This document shows positions 49,800 through 60,965 of a DNA stretch of 64,000 nucleotides, piece after piece. The position numbers and the translations under genes are program-made. The notes below the pieces were generated by a model. That model worked only from the letters and a program-made list of their open reading frames with translations, had not been told where the DNA came from and made no database searches. Positions within the stretch are counted from its first letter, which is position 1. Each line of letters begins with the position of its first letter. Origin of the DNA: Aureispira anguillae (GTDB taxonomy: Bacteria > Bacteroidota > Bacteroidia > Chitinophagales > Saprospiraceae); assembly GCF_026000115.1 (NCBI RefSeq), contig NZ_AP026867.1, positions 2,905,716 to 2,969,715 on the forward strand, given 5' to 3'.

Positions 49800-52700
49800 A
49801 TGAAAGTCTTTAAAACAGTATTCTATTTTTTATGTATTTTAATTCTAGCCCAAAATTCTTTTGCTCAATCTATTACCCTTGTACAACCTAATGGTGGGGA
49901 GGTTTTATATGCCTGTGAAACCTATCCTGTCCAATGGACTCAAACTGGAACGGTCTCAAACTATTGGAATATTGATTACTCATTAGACGGGGGGATTATT
50001 TGGACATCCGTTGCTAGTAATTACCTATCTACCAATGGACAATTTAACTGGACTGTTCCTAATGTTCAATCCTCTACTGTTTTAATGCGTGTTCGAGATG
50101 CTTTGAATACAACAACAGAAGATACAAGTGATGCTGTTTTTACCATCAATATTCCTATTACACTTATTTCTCCAAATGGTGGTGAAGTGTGGAAAGGGCG
50201 AACGGTTCAAAATATTACTTGGAATGCCGCTGGAACATCCAACTCTTATACGATTCAATATTCTACAGATAATGGAACAAACTGGAACAATCTTGCAATA
50301 GGATATAACAGTCCAACAGGTACTTATTCATGGACTGTGCCTAGCATGGACACTACTACAACTTGTATGGTTAGAGTGATGGATCATGTCCAAAATTGTA
50401 TGCAAGATGTCTCAAATGCTGTTTTTACGATTGTACCTCCTGATCCTGTCCTTACTGCTCCTAATTCTGGTACTTTGAGACCTCTATGTAATTATAATAT
50501 TAGATGGATTACATCTTCTTTCATTTCTAATGTCAAGTTAGAATACTCTCTAAACAATGGATCTACATGGACATATATCTCTACTGTACCAAATACAGGC
50601 AGCTATTCATGGGTCGTTCCTAGTACGGCATCAACACAATGTTTAGTAAAAGCTACCAATAGCCTTCATTCAAATCTTTATGACATTTCATCTAGCAATT
50701 TTACAATAACTCCACCTGTTGAAGTTACCGCTTCCAATGGTGGTGATACCCTCTATGGCTGCAATAATTATGTCATTTCATGGGACAAATCGAATTGTTT
50801 ATCCAATTGGAATATTTATTATTCTACCGACAATGGTGCTAATTGGAATACCATCGCTACAAATGTAACTAACGGCAGTTATTCGTCTCAAAATTATTCT
50901 TGGGCAGTACCCAATGGTATAAACTCTAGTCAATGTTTAATTAGGGTGGCAGAAGTTGGCTGGGGCGGTCGTTCCGATATTTCTGATGCTACTTTCACCA
51001 TACTGCCTTCTAACTCCATTACCGTAACTTCTCCTAATGGTGGTGAAGTTTGGCAAGGGCTAAGTACTCATCCCATCACATGGACCCATACTTCGGATGC
51101 ATCAGGGCAATTTAGAGTGGAATATTCGGATGACAATGGAACTTCTTGGTCTGCGCTTAACAATGGTACCTCTAACAATTCTTACAATTGGAATGTCTCT
51201 GGCAATCCTGGAACTTCCTATTTAGTGAGAGTCCTTGATTTTAACAACACTTGTCGTTCAGATGTCTCGGATGCCAACTTTACCGTTACACAGCCTACCC
51301 CTGTTTTAACAGCTCCGAACTGGGGCACACTAAGACCAGGTTGTAATTACAATATTACTTGGAATCAAGCTACTTTTTCTACTTCCATCAAGTTAGAATA
51401 TTCTTTGGATAATGGAAGCTCTTGGAATACTATTGCAACCGTTTCTAATACAGGTAGCTATTCATGGGTCGTTCCCAGTACGGCATCAACACAATGTTTA
51501 GTCAGAGCAAGTCATTATAATGATCCTTCTGTTTTTGATGTCTCTAATAGCAATTTTACGATAATTCCACCTGTTGAAGTTACCACTTCCAATGGTGGTG
51601 ATACCCTCTATGGCTGCAATAATTATGTCATTTCATGGGACAAATCGAATTGTTTATCCAATTGGAATATTTATTATTCTACCGACAATGGTGCTAATTG
51701 GAATACCATCGCTACAAATATAAACAACAGCAGTTATTCGTCTCAAAATTACTCTTGGACAGTACCCAATGGCATAAACTCTAGTCAATGTTTAATTAGA
51801 GTCGCAGAAGTTGGCTGGGGCGGTCGTTCAGATATTTCTGATGCTACTTTCACCATACTGCCTTCTAATTCCATTACCGTAACTTCTCCTAATGGTGGTG
51901 AAGTTTGGCAAGGGCTAAGTACTCATCCCATCACATGGACACATACTTCGGATGCATCAGGGCAATTTAGGGTGGAATATTCGGATGACAATGGTACCTC
52001 TTGGTCTGCGCTTAACAATGGTACCTCTAACAATTCTTACAATTGGAATGTCTCTGGCAATCCTGGAACTTCCTATTTAGTGAGAGTCCTTGATTTTAAC
52101 AACACTTGTCGTTCAGATGTCTCGGATGCCAATTTTACCGTTACACAACCTACTCCTGTTTTAACAGCTCCGAACTGGGGCACACTAAGACCTGGTTGTA
52201 ATTACAATATTAGATGGAATCAAGCTACTTTTTCTACTTCCATCAAGTTAGAATATTCTTTGGATAATGGAAGCTCTTGGAATACTATTGCAACCGTTTC
52301 GAATACAGGTAGCTATTCATGGGTCGTTCCCAGTACGGCATCAACACAATGTTTAGTCAGAGCAAGTCATTATAATGATCCTTCTGTTTTTGATGTCTCT
52401 AATAGCAATTTTACGATAATTCCACCTGTTGAAGTTACCGCTTCCAATGGTGGTGATACCCTCTATGGCTGTAATAATTATGTCATTTCATGGGACAAAT
52501 CGAATTGTTTATCCAATTGGAATATTTATTATTCTACCGACAATGGTGCTAATTGGAATACCATCGCTACAAATATAAACAACAGCAGTTATTCGTCTCA
52601 AAATTATTCTTGGGCAGTACCCAATGGCATAAACTCTAGTCAATGTTTAATTAGAGTGGCAGAAGTTGGCTGGGGTGGTCGTTCTGATATTTCTGATGCT

Positions 52701-55700
52701 ACTTTCACCATACTGCCTTCTAATTCCATTACCGTAACTTCTCCTAATGGTGGCGAAGTTTGGCAAGGGCTAAGTACTCATCCCATCACATGGACACATA
52801 CTTCTGATGCATCAGGACAATTTAGGGTGGAATATTCGGATGACAATGGTACTTCTTGGTCTGCGCTTAACAATGGTACCTCTAACAATTCTTACAATTG
52901 GAATGTCCCTGGCAATCCTGGAACTTCCTATTTAGTGAGAGTCCTTGATTTTAACAATACTTGTCGTTCAGATGTCTCGGATGCCAATTTTACTGTTACA
53001 CAACCTACTCCTGTTTTAACAGCTCCGAACTGGGGCACACTAAGACCTGGTTGTAATTACAATATTAGATGGAATCAAGCTACTTTTTCTACTTCCATCA
53101 AGTTAGAATATTCTTTGGATAATGGAAGCTCTTGGAATACTATTGCAACCGTTTCTAATACAGGTAGCTATTCATGGGTCGTTCCCAGTACTCCATCAAC
53201 ACAATGTTTAGTCAGAGCAAGTCATTATAATGATCCTTCTGTTTTTGATGTCTCTAATAGCAATTTTACGATAATTCCACCTGTTGAAGTTACCGCTTCC
53301 AATGGCGGTGATACCCTCTATGGCTGCAATAATTATGTCATTTCATGGGACAAATCGAATTGTTTATCCAATTGGAATATCTATTATTCTACCGACAATG
53401 GTGCTAATTGGAATACCATCGCTACAAATATAAACAACAGCAATTATTCGTCTCAAAATTATTCTTGGGCAGTACCCAATGGCATAAACTCTAGTCAATG
53501 TTTAATTAGAGTGGCAGAAGTTGGCTGGGGCGGTCGTTCAGATATTTCTGATGCTACTTTCACCATACTGCCTTCTAATTCCATTACCGTAACTTCTCCT
53601 AATGGTGGCGAAGTTTGGCAAGGGCTAAGTACTCATCCCATCACATGGACACATACCTCGGATGCATCAGGACAATTTAGGGTGGAATATTCAGATAACA
53701 ATGGTAGCTCTTGGTCTGCGCTTAACAATGGTACCTCTAACAATTCTTACAATTGGAATCTCCCTGGCAATCCTGGAACTTCCTATTTAGTGAGAGTCCT
53801 TGATTTTAACAACACTTGTCGTTCAGATGTCTCGGATGCCAATTTTACCATTACACAACCTACTCCCGTTTTAACAGCTCCAAATTGGGGCACACTAAGA
53901 CCTGGTTGTAATTACAATATTAGATGGGATCAATCCACTTTTTCTACTTCCATCAAGTTAGAATATTCTTTGGATAATGGAAGCTCTTGGAATACTATTG
54001 CTACTGTTTCTAATACAGGCAGCTATTCATGGGTCGTTCCCAGTACTCCATCAACACAGTGTTTAGTCAGAGCAAGTCATTATAATGATCCTTCTGTTTT
54101 TGATGTCTCTAATAGCAATTTTACGATAATTCCACCTGTTGAAGTTACCGCTTCCAATGGCGGTGATACCCTCTATGGCTGCAATAATTATGTCATTTCA
54201 TGGGACAAATCGAATTGTTTATCCAATTGGAATATCTATTATTCTACCGACAATGGTGCTAATTGGAATACCATCGCTACAAATATAAACAACAGCAGTT
54301 ATTCGTCTCAAAATTACTCTTGGACAGTACCCAATGGTATAAGTTCTAGTCAATGTTTAATTAGAGTGGCAGAAGTTGGCTGGGGAGGCCGTTCCGATAT
54401 TTCTGATGCTACTTTCACCATACTGCCTTCTAATTCCATTACCGTAACTTCTCCTAATGGTGGCGAAGTTTGGCAAGGGCTAAGTACTCATCCCATCACA
54501 TGGACACATACTTCGGATGCATCAGGACAATTTAGGGTGGAATATTCAGATAACAATGGTACCTCTTGGTCTGCGCTTAATAATGGTACCTCTAACAATT
54601 CTTACAATTGGAATGTCCCTAATAATCCTGGAACTTCCTATTTAGTGAGAGTCCTTGATTTTAACAATACTTGTCGTTCAGATGTCTCGGATGCCAATTT
54701 TACGGTTAGTCCTAGTGATCCAGTTTTAACAGCTCCCAATGGAGGGCAAACACTCTATTCTGGGACTACCTATAACATTACTTGGTTAGCATCTACATTT
54801 TTCTCAAGTTATGTCAAATTAGAGTATTCTTTAGATAATGGTGCTACTTGGAATTATATAGGGAGCGTTTCCAATACGGGTAGTGAAAGTTGGACGATTC
54901 CAAATGTGTATTCTACTCAATGTTTAGTCAGAGCAAGTAATAGTACTAATCTTAGTTTGAATGATGTTTCTTACAGTGTCTTTACAATAAAACCTGCTGT
55001 AACGCTTCTTACCCCTAATGGTGATAATGGAACAACTATTTGGGGAGGTTGTACGGTTACCTCTATTACGATTGACAGGTCTCCTGCATGGAATAGTTAT
55101 GAGGTAGAATATAGTTTGGATAATGGTTCAAATTGGACGACAATAACCTCTAATTGGACAACCAATGCAAACCCAGCCACTTATAATTGGACGATGCCCA
55201 ATACTCAAACCAATCAAGCAATGGTACGAGTAAGACCTAATTTCACTAGTTTTTCAGACAGGAGTGATTCCACTTTTACCATTACAAAGCCTGTTACAAT
55301 TATTCAACCAAATTTTGGTGGTGTTATGACAGTCGGAAATGTCTATAATATTTCTTGGTCTTCGGATGGAATTTCTAATATATATGACATTTTTTATTCT
55401 ACAAATGGAGGCGCAACATATACCAATATTGTTACAGGATATACAACTTCTACCAATACCTATGCATGGACAATTCCGAACACGCTTTCTAATAACTGCG
55501 TTATTTGGGTAAGAGACAACATCAACCATTGCAAAGAAGACATTAGTGATCAACTATTTACAATTAGCTCAGGACCTCAAGTAGTTCAATTATTGGCTCC
55601 TAATGGAATAGGTGATACGCTAGTTGGCTGTCATACCAAGACAATCAGATGGACAGACTTAAATTCGAGTGGCTCTTATAGTATTGACTATTCTGTAAAT

Positions 55701-57425
55701 AGTGGTGCTACCTGGATTAATATTGCTTCAGGGAGTATGAGCTCTAATCTTATAGCCTCTACTAATTATTCGTACGATTGGATTGTCCCCAATAACATTT
55801 CTTCCAATAATGTACTCTTACGAGTTCGCTCATTAACAACTCCTACTTTATTTGACCTAAGTGATGCTTTTTTTAGTGTTATAAATGGGAGTTTATCTGT
55901 TACACCTACCGATACATCCGCTTGTTATGCAGTTCCAATTCAATTGAACGTCACAGGAGGCGAGGTTAATAATTATAGCTGGTCACCTAGCATAGGATTA
56001 GATTCAAGTAATAGCGCTAGTCCCATTGCAGCGCCTTATGAAAGCACCAACTATGTCGTACAATGTACCAATGGTACTTGTATTTTAACAGACTCTATTA
56101 TGTTTACAGTTACCTTTGACTCCTCAATCGTTTCAGATGTTACAATTAGCGCTTCTGTTTTGCCTACAGATACAGTTTGTGCTGGTACAGCAATTACTTA
56201 TACTGCTACTGCAACCAATGAAGGGACAAGTCCTATTTACCAATGGAGAGTTAATGGGGTTAATGTAGGTAGTAATGCTGCAACATTTACAACTTCAAGT
56301 CTCAATAATAACGATGTAGTCACTTGTATCCTATATTCTAATATGCCTTGTGTATCAGGAAGTCCTGATACGTCTAATGCCCTTGTTGCTTCAATTTTGC
56401 CCAATGTAACCCCTAGTGTTACTTGGTCAACAACGCCTCACATAGATACAATCTGTGATGGAGTGCATGTAACTTTCACGGCAATTCCTAATCATGGAGG
56501 TACAACACCCAGTTATCAGTGGTTCTTAAATGGCTCTACGGTAGGGAATAATGGGAGTTTTAGTAGTTCTACCTTAAATAGTGGAGATATTCTTGAACTG
56601 ATGATGTCTTCAACAGCTAGCTGTGTTACTAATTCTATAGCCACATCAACAGATACCATTAATGTTAAGACTGTTCCTGCACAGCCCTTATCTATCACAG
56701 GCGCTCCATCTATTTGCACAGGTACTTCAGCAAGTTATACCATTCCTCTCGTAAATCATGCTACATCTTATACATGGACTTTGCCTAGTGGTTGGACAGG
56801 AAGTTCGACAACAGATAGTATTTCTGTAACAGCGAATTCCAATAGTGGGATCATTTCTGTAACTGCTAATAATGCATGTGGTGTAAGTAGTGCAGCACAA
56901 TTAAATATAACGGCAAACCTATTGCCAGTAGTAACATTTTCTTCTCTTGGAGTTGTTTGTGAAAATACTCCAGCCTTTGTTCTAACTGGCGGTAGTCCAA
57001 TTGGAGGAATATATTCTGGTATTGGTGTAACAAATGATTCTATTTTTACACCTACTGCCGTGGGAAATGGCTTATACACTATTACTTATACTTATACAGA
57101 TTCTTTTTGTACCAATAGCGATACTTCTACCATTCAAGTAGATATGTGTGCTGGAACGATTGGTTCAATTGAAAACGAAGCTATTTCTGTTTATCCTAAT
57201 CCTCTTAAGGATTACACCGTTTTCTATTTTGATGCATCTATACAATTTGAAAATATTCAAATACAGATCTTTGATGTTTTGGGAAGGGAAGTAAAACGGA
57301 TTGACAATATTAGACAAAATAAAGTAACTTTGAGAAGGAACAATTTAGAGAATGGCGTATATTATTATCGTGTAATGAATCAGGAGAAAGAAATAAAATC
57401 AGGAGAATTAATTTTTGCAAAATAG
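49800..57425 (+). CDS. giant cell-surface adhesin with about 21 Kre9/GPI-anchor-like (P.GGE.W..G....I.W...EYS.DNG.SW) domains, cysteine-containing Ig-like domains, and a T9SS type A C-terminal sorting domain
   Basis: Signal peptide. Repeated roughly 95-aa domains. The C-terminus VYPNPLKDYTVFYF...GVYYYRV...GELIFAK is a TIGR04183-like CTD. Confidence 0.85.
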   Translation: MKVFKTVFYFLCILILAQNSFAQSITLVQPNGGEVLYACETYPVQWTQTGTVSNYWNIDYSLDGGIIWTSVASNYLSTNGQFNWTVPNVQSSTVLMRVRDALNTTTEDTSDAVFTINIPITLISPNGGEVWKGRTVQNITWNAAGTSNSYTIQYSTDNGTNWNNLAIGYNSPTGTYSWTVPSMDTTTTCMVRVMDHVQNCMQDVSNAVFTIVPPDPVLTAPNSGTLRPLCNYNIRWITSSFISNVKLEYSLNNGSTWTYISTVPNTGSYSWVVPSTASTQCLVKATNSLHSNLYDISSSNFTITPPVEVTASNGGDTLYGCNNYVISWDKSNCLSNWNIYYSTDNGANWNTIATNVTNGSYSSQNYSWAVPNGINSSQCLIRVAEVGWGGRSDISDATFTILPSNSITVTSPNGGEVWQGLSTHPITWTHTSDASGQFRVEYSDDNGTSWSALNNGTSNNSYNWNVSGNPGTSYLVRVLDFNNTCRSDVSDANFTVTQPTPVLTAPNWGTLRPGCNYNITWNQATFSTSIKLEYSLDNGSSWNTIATVSNTGSYSWVVPSTASTQCLVRASHYNDPSVFDVSNSNFTIIPPVEVTTSNGGDTLYGCNNYVISWDKSNCLSNWNIYYSTDNGANWNTIATNINNSSYSSQNYSWTVPNGINSSQCLIRVAEVGWGGRSDISDATFTILPSNSITVTSPNGGEVWQGLSTHPITWTHTSDASGQFRVEYSDDNGTSWSALNNGTSNNSYNWNVSGNPGTSYLVRVLDFNNTCRSDVSDANFTVTQPTPVLTAPNWGTLRPGCNYNIRWNQATFSTSIKLEYSLDNGSSWNTIATVSNTGSYSWVVPSTASTQCLVRASHYNDPSVFDVSNSNFTIIPPVEVTASNGGDTLYGCNNYVISWDKSNCLSNWNIYYSTDNGANWNTIATNINNSSYSSQNYSWAVPNGINSSQCLIRVAEVGWGGRSDISDATFTILPSNSITVTSPNGGEVWQGLSTHPITWTHTSDASGQFRVEYSDDNGTSWSALNNGTSNNSYNWNVPGNPGTSYLVRVLDFNNTCRSDVSDANFTVTQPTPVLTAPNWGTLRPGCNYNIRWNQATFSTSIKLEYSLDNGSSWNTIATVSNTGSYSWVVPSTPSTQCLVRASHYNDPSVFDVSNSNFTIIPPVEVTASNGGDTLYGCNNYVISWDKSNCLSNWNIYYSTDNGANWNTIATNINNSNYSSQNYSWAVPNGINSSQCLIRVAEVGWGGRSDISDATFTILPSNSITVTSPNGGEVWQGLSTHPITWTHTSDASGQFRVEYSDNNGSSWSALNNGTSNNSYNWNLPGNPGTSYLVRVLDFNNTCRSDVSDANFTITQPTPVLTAPNWGTLRPGCNYNIRWDQSTFSTSIKLEYSLDNGSSWNTIATVSNTGSYSWVVPSTPSTQCLVRASHYNDPSVFDVSNSNFTIIPPVEVTASNGGDTLYGCNNYVISWDKSNCLSNWNIYYSTDNGANWNTIATNINNSSYSSQNYSWTVPNGISSSQCLIRVAEVGWGGRSDISDATFTILPSNSITVTSPNGGEVWQGLSTHPITWTHTSDASGQFRVEYSDNNGTSWSALNNGTSNNSYNWNVPNNPGTSYLVRVLDFNNTCRSDVSDANFTVSPSDPVLTAPNGGQTLYSGTTYNITWLASTFFSSYVKLEYSLDNGATWNYIGSVSNTGSESWTIPNVYSTQCLVRASNSTNLSLNDVSYSVFTIKPAVTLLTPNGDNGTTIWGGCTVTSITIDRSPAWNSYEVEYSLDNGSNWTTITSNWTTNANPATYNWTMPNTQTNQAMVRVRPNFTSFSDRSDSTFTITKPVTIIQPNFGGVMTVGNVYNISWSSDGISNIYDIFYSTNGGATYTNIVTGYTTSTNTYAWTIPNTLSNNCVIWVRDNINHCKEDISDQLFTISSGPQVVQLLAPNGIGDTLVGCHTKTIRWTDLNSSGSYSIDYSVNSGATWINIASGSMSSNLIASTNYSYDWIVPNNISSNNVLLRVRSLTTPTLFDLSDAFFSVINGSLSVTPTDTSACYAVPIQLNVTGGEVNNYSWSPSIGLDSSNSASPIAAPYESTNYVVQCTNGTCILTDSIMFTVTFDSSIVSDVTISASVLPTDTVCAGTAITYTATATNEGTSPIYQWRVNGVNVGSNAATFTTSSLNNNDVVTCILYSNMPCVSGSPDTSNALVASILPNVTPSVTWSTTPHIDTICDGVHVTFTAIPNHGGTTPSYQWFLNGSTVGNNGSFSSSTLNSGDILELMMSSTASCVTNSIATSTDTINVKTVPAQPLSITGAPSICTGTSASYTIPLVNHATSYTWTLPSGWTGSSTTDSISVTANSNSGIISVTANNACGVSSAAQLNITANLLPVVTFSSLGVVCENTPAFVLTGGSPIGGIYSGIGVTNDSIFTPTAVGNGLYTITYTYTDSFCTNSDTSTIQVDMCAGTIGSIENEAISVYPNPLKDYTVFYFDASIQFENIQIQIFDVLGREVKRIDNIRQNKVTLRRNNLENGVYYYRVMNQEKEIKSGELIFAK
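50436..54710 (+). repeat. five tandem 855-bp (285-aa, three-domain) repeat units inside the giant adhesin gene. Units 2 to 5 are near-identical.
   Basis: Unit boundaries fall at 50436, 51291, 52146, 53001, 53856 and 54711, an exact 855-bp period. Blocks such as caacctactcctgttttaacagctccgaactggggcacactaagacc recur, with only scattered substitutions between units. Confidence 0.88.
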
Positions 57426-57461
57426 AAGTTAAAACTTTATAAAAAGGACATTGTAACCTTA

Positions 57462-57527
57462 CCCTAAGCACCAAAAATTCGTACGCATTAGTGAATGCTA
57501 TAGTGTTGATGGTGCTTAGGGGGTTTT
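57462..57527 (+). terminator. structured element / terminator after the giant adhesin gene
   Basis: ccctaagcacc ... ggtgcttaggg form an 11-bp stem enclosing a nested gcatt/aatgc hairpin, followed by GGTTTT. Confidence 0.45.
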
Positions 57528-57697
57528 AGAATAGTAGAAAACTTATCCAAAAGGGAAAATGGAATTGCCATATATATGTGGCTTACTATATATATCCTTT
57601 GAAATCAGGTTTTTAAATTGACTACTCAAAAAACGATTGTGCAACATTTTGCAAAAAAAGATCAAACCTCAATAGTAGAGACCTTTGTCTATAAGAA

Positions 57698-58372
57698 CTA
57701 ATGATAAGTTCTAACCCCAAATAACAAAGAACCTACTCTAACCAAAGTACTCCCCTCTTCCAACGCTATTTCATAGTCTCCAGACATTCCCATTGATATT
57801 TCGTTAAAAGTATCTGAAGCAGCAAAAAATTGTGCCTTGAGTTCCTCAAAATATTTTTTTAGTGTTTTAAACTCTGCTCTTACCTGCTCCTTGTCTGCTG
57901 TAAAGGTTGCCATTCCCATCAATCCAGCAATACGGACATGTTTCATTTCTTTAAAGGCAGTAGAAGACAACAGCTCCACTGCTTCTTGGAGCGAAAGACC
58001 AAATTTTGTACTTTCTTCGGCGATATGAAACTGCAATAAACAATCAATCACTCGTTCGGATTTGGCTGCTTGTTTATTGATTTCTTTTAATAATTTCAAA
58101 GAATCAACCGAATGGATCATAGTTACAAAAGGAGCGATATACTTGACCTTATTTCGTTGCAAAGTGCCAATAAGATGCCAGGCTATATCTTGCGGTAATT
58201 CTTTTTGTTTTTCAACTAATTCTTGTACCTTATTTTCTCCAAAAATACGTTGCCCCAACTTGTACAAAGCTTGGATATCTTCCTTAGGTTTTGTTTTAGA
58301 AACGGCTACTAAATTGGCAGTTGCTCCTTGAGTTTTAGCCAATACCATTCTATAATTTTCCTGATTTATCAT
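57698..58372 (-). CDS. yggS: YggS-family pyridoxal-phosphate homeostasis protein
   Basis: 224 aa with an alanine-racemase N-terminal fold pattern (LVAVSKTKP...GENKVQE...LIGTLQRNK). Confidence 0.85.
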   Translation of the reverse strand: MINQENYRMVLAKTQGATANLVAVSKTKPKEDIQALYKLGQRIFGENKVQELVEKQKELPQDIAWHLIGTLQRNKVKYIAPFVTMIHSVDSLKLLKEINKQAAKSERVIDCLLQFHIAEESTKFGLSLQEAVELLSSTAFKEMKHVRIAGLMGMATFTADKEQVRAEFKTLKKYFEELKAQFFAASDTFNEISMGMSGDYEIALEEGSTLVRVGSLLFGVRTYH

Positions 58373-58788
58373 TTTTGTTTAACTTTTTTCTTGCTCAAAT
58401 TGTAAAAAAAATTCTCTTGAGTTTATTTTTAACACACAACACATAAAACACAAATATATACTCAATTTGAGTATTTATTTTTTTGAAGATTCGTAACAAT
58501 AACTTAATATTACATTAACCCTCCATACTCATTGAAAGCTTACTTTTGCGGTATCACAAGAGGATTTGATAGATTCTAAAATTAGAATCAATTGTATTCA
58601 ATAATAAACCACAAAATTAATAAATGAAAAACTAAATCAATCACTTATTTTTAACAAAGTTCCTTTATTCTAATATCCCTATAAGAAAACTTCGTTATCA
58701 CTCACACCCCATTCTGTACAATTTCATTAGACTATTCAAAAATATTTTATATTTTGGGTCATCAAACCTATTTTAATTTAATTTAACA

Positions 58789-59484
58789 ATGAATTCAAGC
58801 GAGTACAAAATACTAATCGCAGATGACGAACCCGACATTTTGGAGTTTGTTTGTTACAACCTTACCAAAGAAGGTTTTGAAGTGACTAGCGCTACTAATG
58901 GTTTGGAAGCTTTGCAAAAAGCGAAAGAAATTAAGCCACATTTAATCTTACTGGATATTATGATGCCAGAGATGGATGGCGTTGAAGTATGCAAGGAGCT
59001 TCGGGCAATTCCTGAATTTGAGAATACAATCATTGCATTTTTAACGGCTAGAAGTGAGGATTATTCTCAAATTGTAGGGTTTGAAGTTGGAGGAGATGAC
59101 TACATCACCAAACCCATCCGCCCTAGAGTTCTAATTAGTAGAATTAATGCTCTATTGCGCCGATTCAATAAAAAATCGCCCAAAACGGATAAAAATGTTA
59201 TTCAAGTATCTGATCTTTATATCAACAAAGAACAATTCATTGTTCAAAAGCAAGATACTGACGATAAAATTACCTTAGCAAAAAAAGAATTTGAACTACT
59301 TTGCCTATTAGCATCCAAACCTGGAAAGGTATTTACCAGAGAAGAAATTTTCAATAAAATCTGGGGGAGTAATGTAATTGTTGGCAATAGAACAATTGAT
59401 GTTCACATTCGGAAAATTCGCGAAAAAGTAGGAGAAAATTACATCAAAACTATCAAGGGAATAGGATACAAATTTGAGTTTTAA
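58789..59484 (+). CDS. OmpR-family response regulator
   Basis: A receiver domain (ILIADDEPDILEF...LLDIMMPEMDG) and a winged-helix C-terminus (ELLCLLASKPGKVFTREEI). Confidence 0.85.
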   Translation: MNSSEYKILIADDEPDILEFVCYNLTKEGFEVTSATNGLEALQKAKEIKPHLILLDIMMPEMDGVEVCKELRAIPEFENTIIAFLTARSEDYSQIVGFEVGGDDYITKPIRPRVLISRINALLRRFNKKSPKTDKNVIQVSDLYINKEQFIVQKQDTDDKITLAKKEFELLCLLASKPGKVFTREEIFNKIWGSNVIVGNRTIDVHIRKIREKVGENYIKTIKGIGYKFEF

Positions 59485-59782
59485 GCATTAATACTAGCAT
59501 AACGCTCTTTATAAACGGTCAGATTTATTCAATTGCGATAGGCTTATTTGATAAGGTACCTATTCGTGGAATAAATTTGGCTATTTTTTTTGTGTATTTA
59601 AGAATTAATACTCCGTTGCTGCTTCGTGGTAGCTGCAGCCTTGTTACTCACTCTGTTCAGGTTTTTAACAGAGTAATATAAGACACTAAGTAGCCCTAAT
59701 CATTGCAAATTTTACGCACAACCAATGCTACTTAAGTTATTTAACAATTGACCTATTTAGTATCTCTAATTCATTTTCGAAA

Positions 59783-60847
59783 ATGCTATTTTTTAAAACA
59801 AAAAATCCTAGTCCAGAACAATTGGCTTGGCTTACAGCAGCTAATAACTCAGGCATTCTATTGGTTTTCACGCTTGGAGCCAAATTACTCTTTAGTGAAA
59901 GTATTACTTGGGCGCTCGTTTTTTTGATTCCTTTGGTTTCGCTTGGTTTTGGATATTTAGCGATTTACGATTCGTTGCGTCGTTTTATTTATAGAAAAAT
60001 AAAGCTGATTTATAAAACGATTCACAGCATGAAAACGCCAACGACCAATGCTGTTGTTAGTGTAAACATGAAAAATCATATGATAGATCAGGTAGAGCAA
60101 GAAGTGGTAGAGTGGGCAAAAAATTGGACCAAGGAAATTTCATCGCTCAAAAGCATGGAGGTCTATCGCCGTGAGTTTATGGGCAATGTATCCCACGAAT
60201 TAAAAACGCCCATTTTTAATATTCAGGGCTATTTACATACCCTTCTGGATGGAGGAATGGAAGATCCCGATATTAATTATAAATATTTGACCCGTGCTGC
60301 CAACAATACAGAGCGAATGGCAAATATTGTTGCTGATTTGGGATATATTTCAAAGTTTGAAGCAGGAAAGCTTCAATTGCATTTAGTTGATTTTGACATT
60401 TGCCAGTTGATTAAGGATGTTTTGGACGATAGTGAGTTAAAGGCTTCCCAAAAGGGAATTAGCTTGGCGTTTAAAAATCCTAACCAAAAACCGCTAATCG
60501 TTAATGCTGATGTGGAAAGTATTCGCCGAGTAATTGTCAATTTAATTAGCAATTCGATCAAATATGGCAAAGAAAATGGAGAAACGCTAGTTGGGTTTTA
60601 TGATTTAGATAGCAATATTTTGATTGAAATCTCAGACAATGGCAAAGGAATTGCTCAAGAGCATATTCCTCGACTTTTTGAGCGATTCTATCGAGTAGAC
60701 AAAGGACGTTCTAGATCGGAAGGTGGTACAGGTTTAGGCTTGGCAATTGTCAAACATATCTTGGAAGCACACGAGCAAACCATCACTGCTAGAAGTCGTA
60801 TTGAAGTTGGTTCTACGTTTGGTTTCACCTTAAAAAAGGCAAATTAA
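59783..60847 (+). CDS. sensor histidine kinase (HisKA + HATPase_c)
   Basis: Two TM segments, an H-box (MGNVSHELKTP), N-box and G-box motifs (ISDNGKGI, GGTGLGLAI). Confidence 0.85.
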   Translation: MLFFKTKNPSPEQLAWLTAANNSGILLVFTLGAKLLFSESITWALVFLIPLVSLGFGYLAIYDSLRRFIYRKIKLIYKTIHSMKTPTTNAVVSVNMKNHMIDQVEQEVVEWAKNWTKEISSLKSMEVYRREFMGNVSHELKTPIFNIQGYLHTLLDGGMEDPDINYKYLTRAANNTERMANIVADLGYISKFEAGKLQLHLVDFDICQLIKDVLDDSELKASQKGISLAFKNPNQKPLIVNADVESIRRVIVNLISNSIKYGKENGETLVGFYDLDSNILIEISDNGKGIAQEHIPRLFERFYRVDKGRSRSEGGTGLGLAIVKHILEAHEQTITARSRIEVGSTFGFTLKKAN

Positions 60848-60965
60848 AAGCAGTCGAAAAAGTCATTTTTAGAACAGGACACAGTGTATATAAAACAGGC
60901 TGTTGGAGTTTTTCTCCAACAGCCTGTTTTTTTTAGTGCTAAAAAATTTAAACCACTGCTATGAT

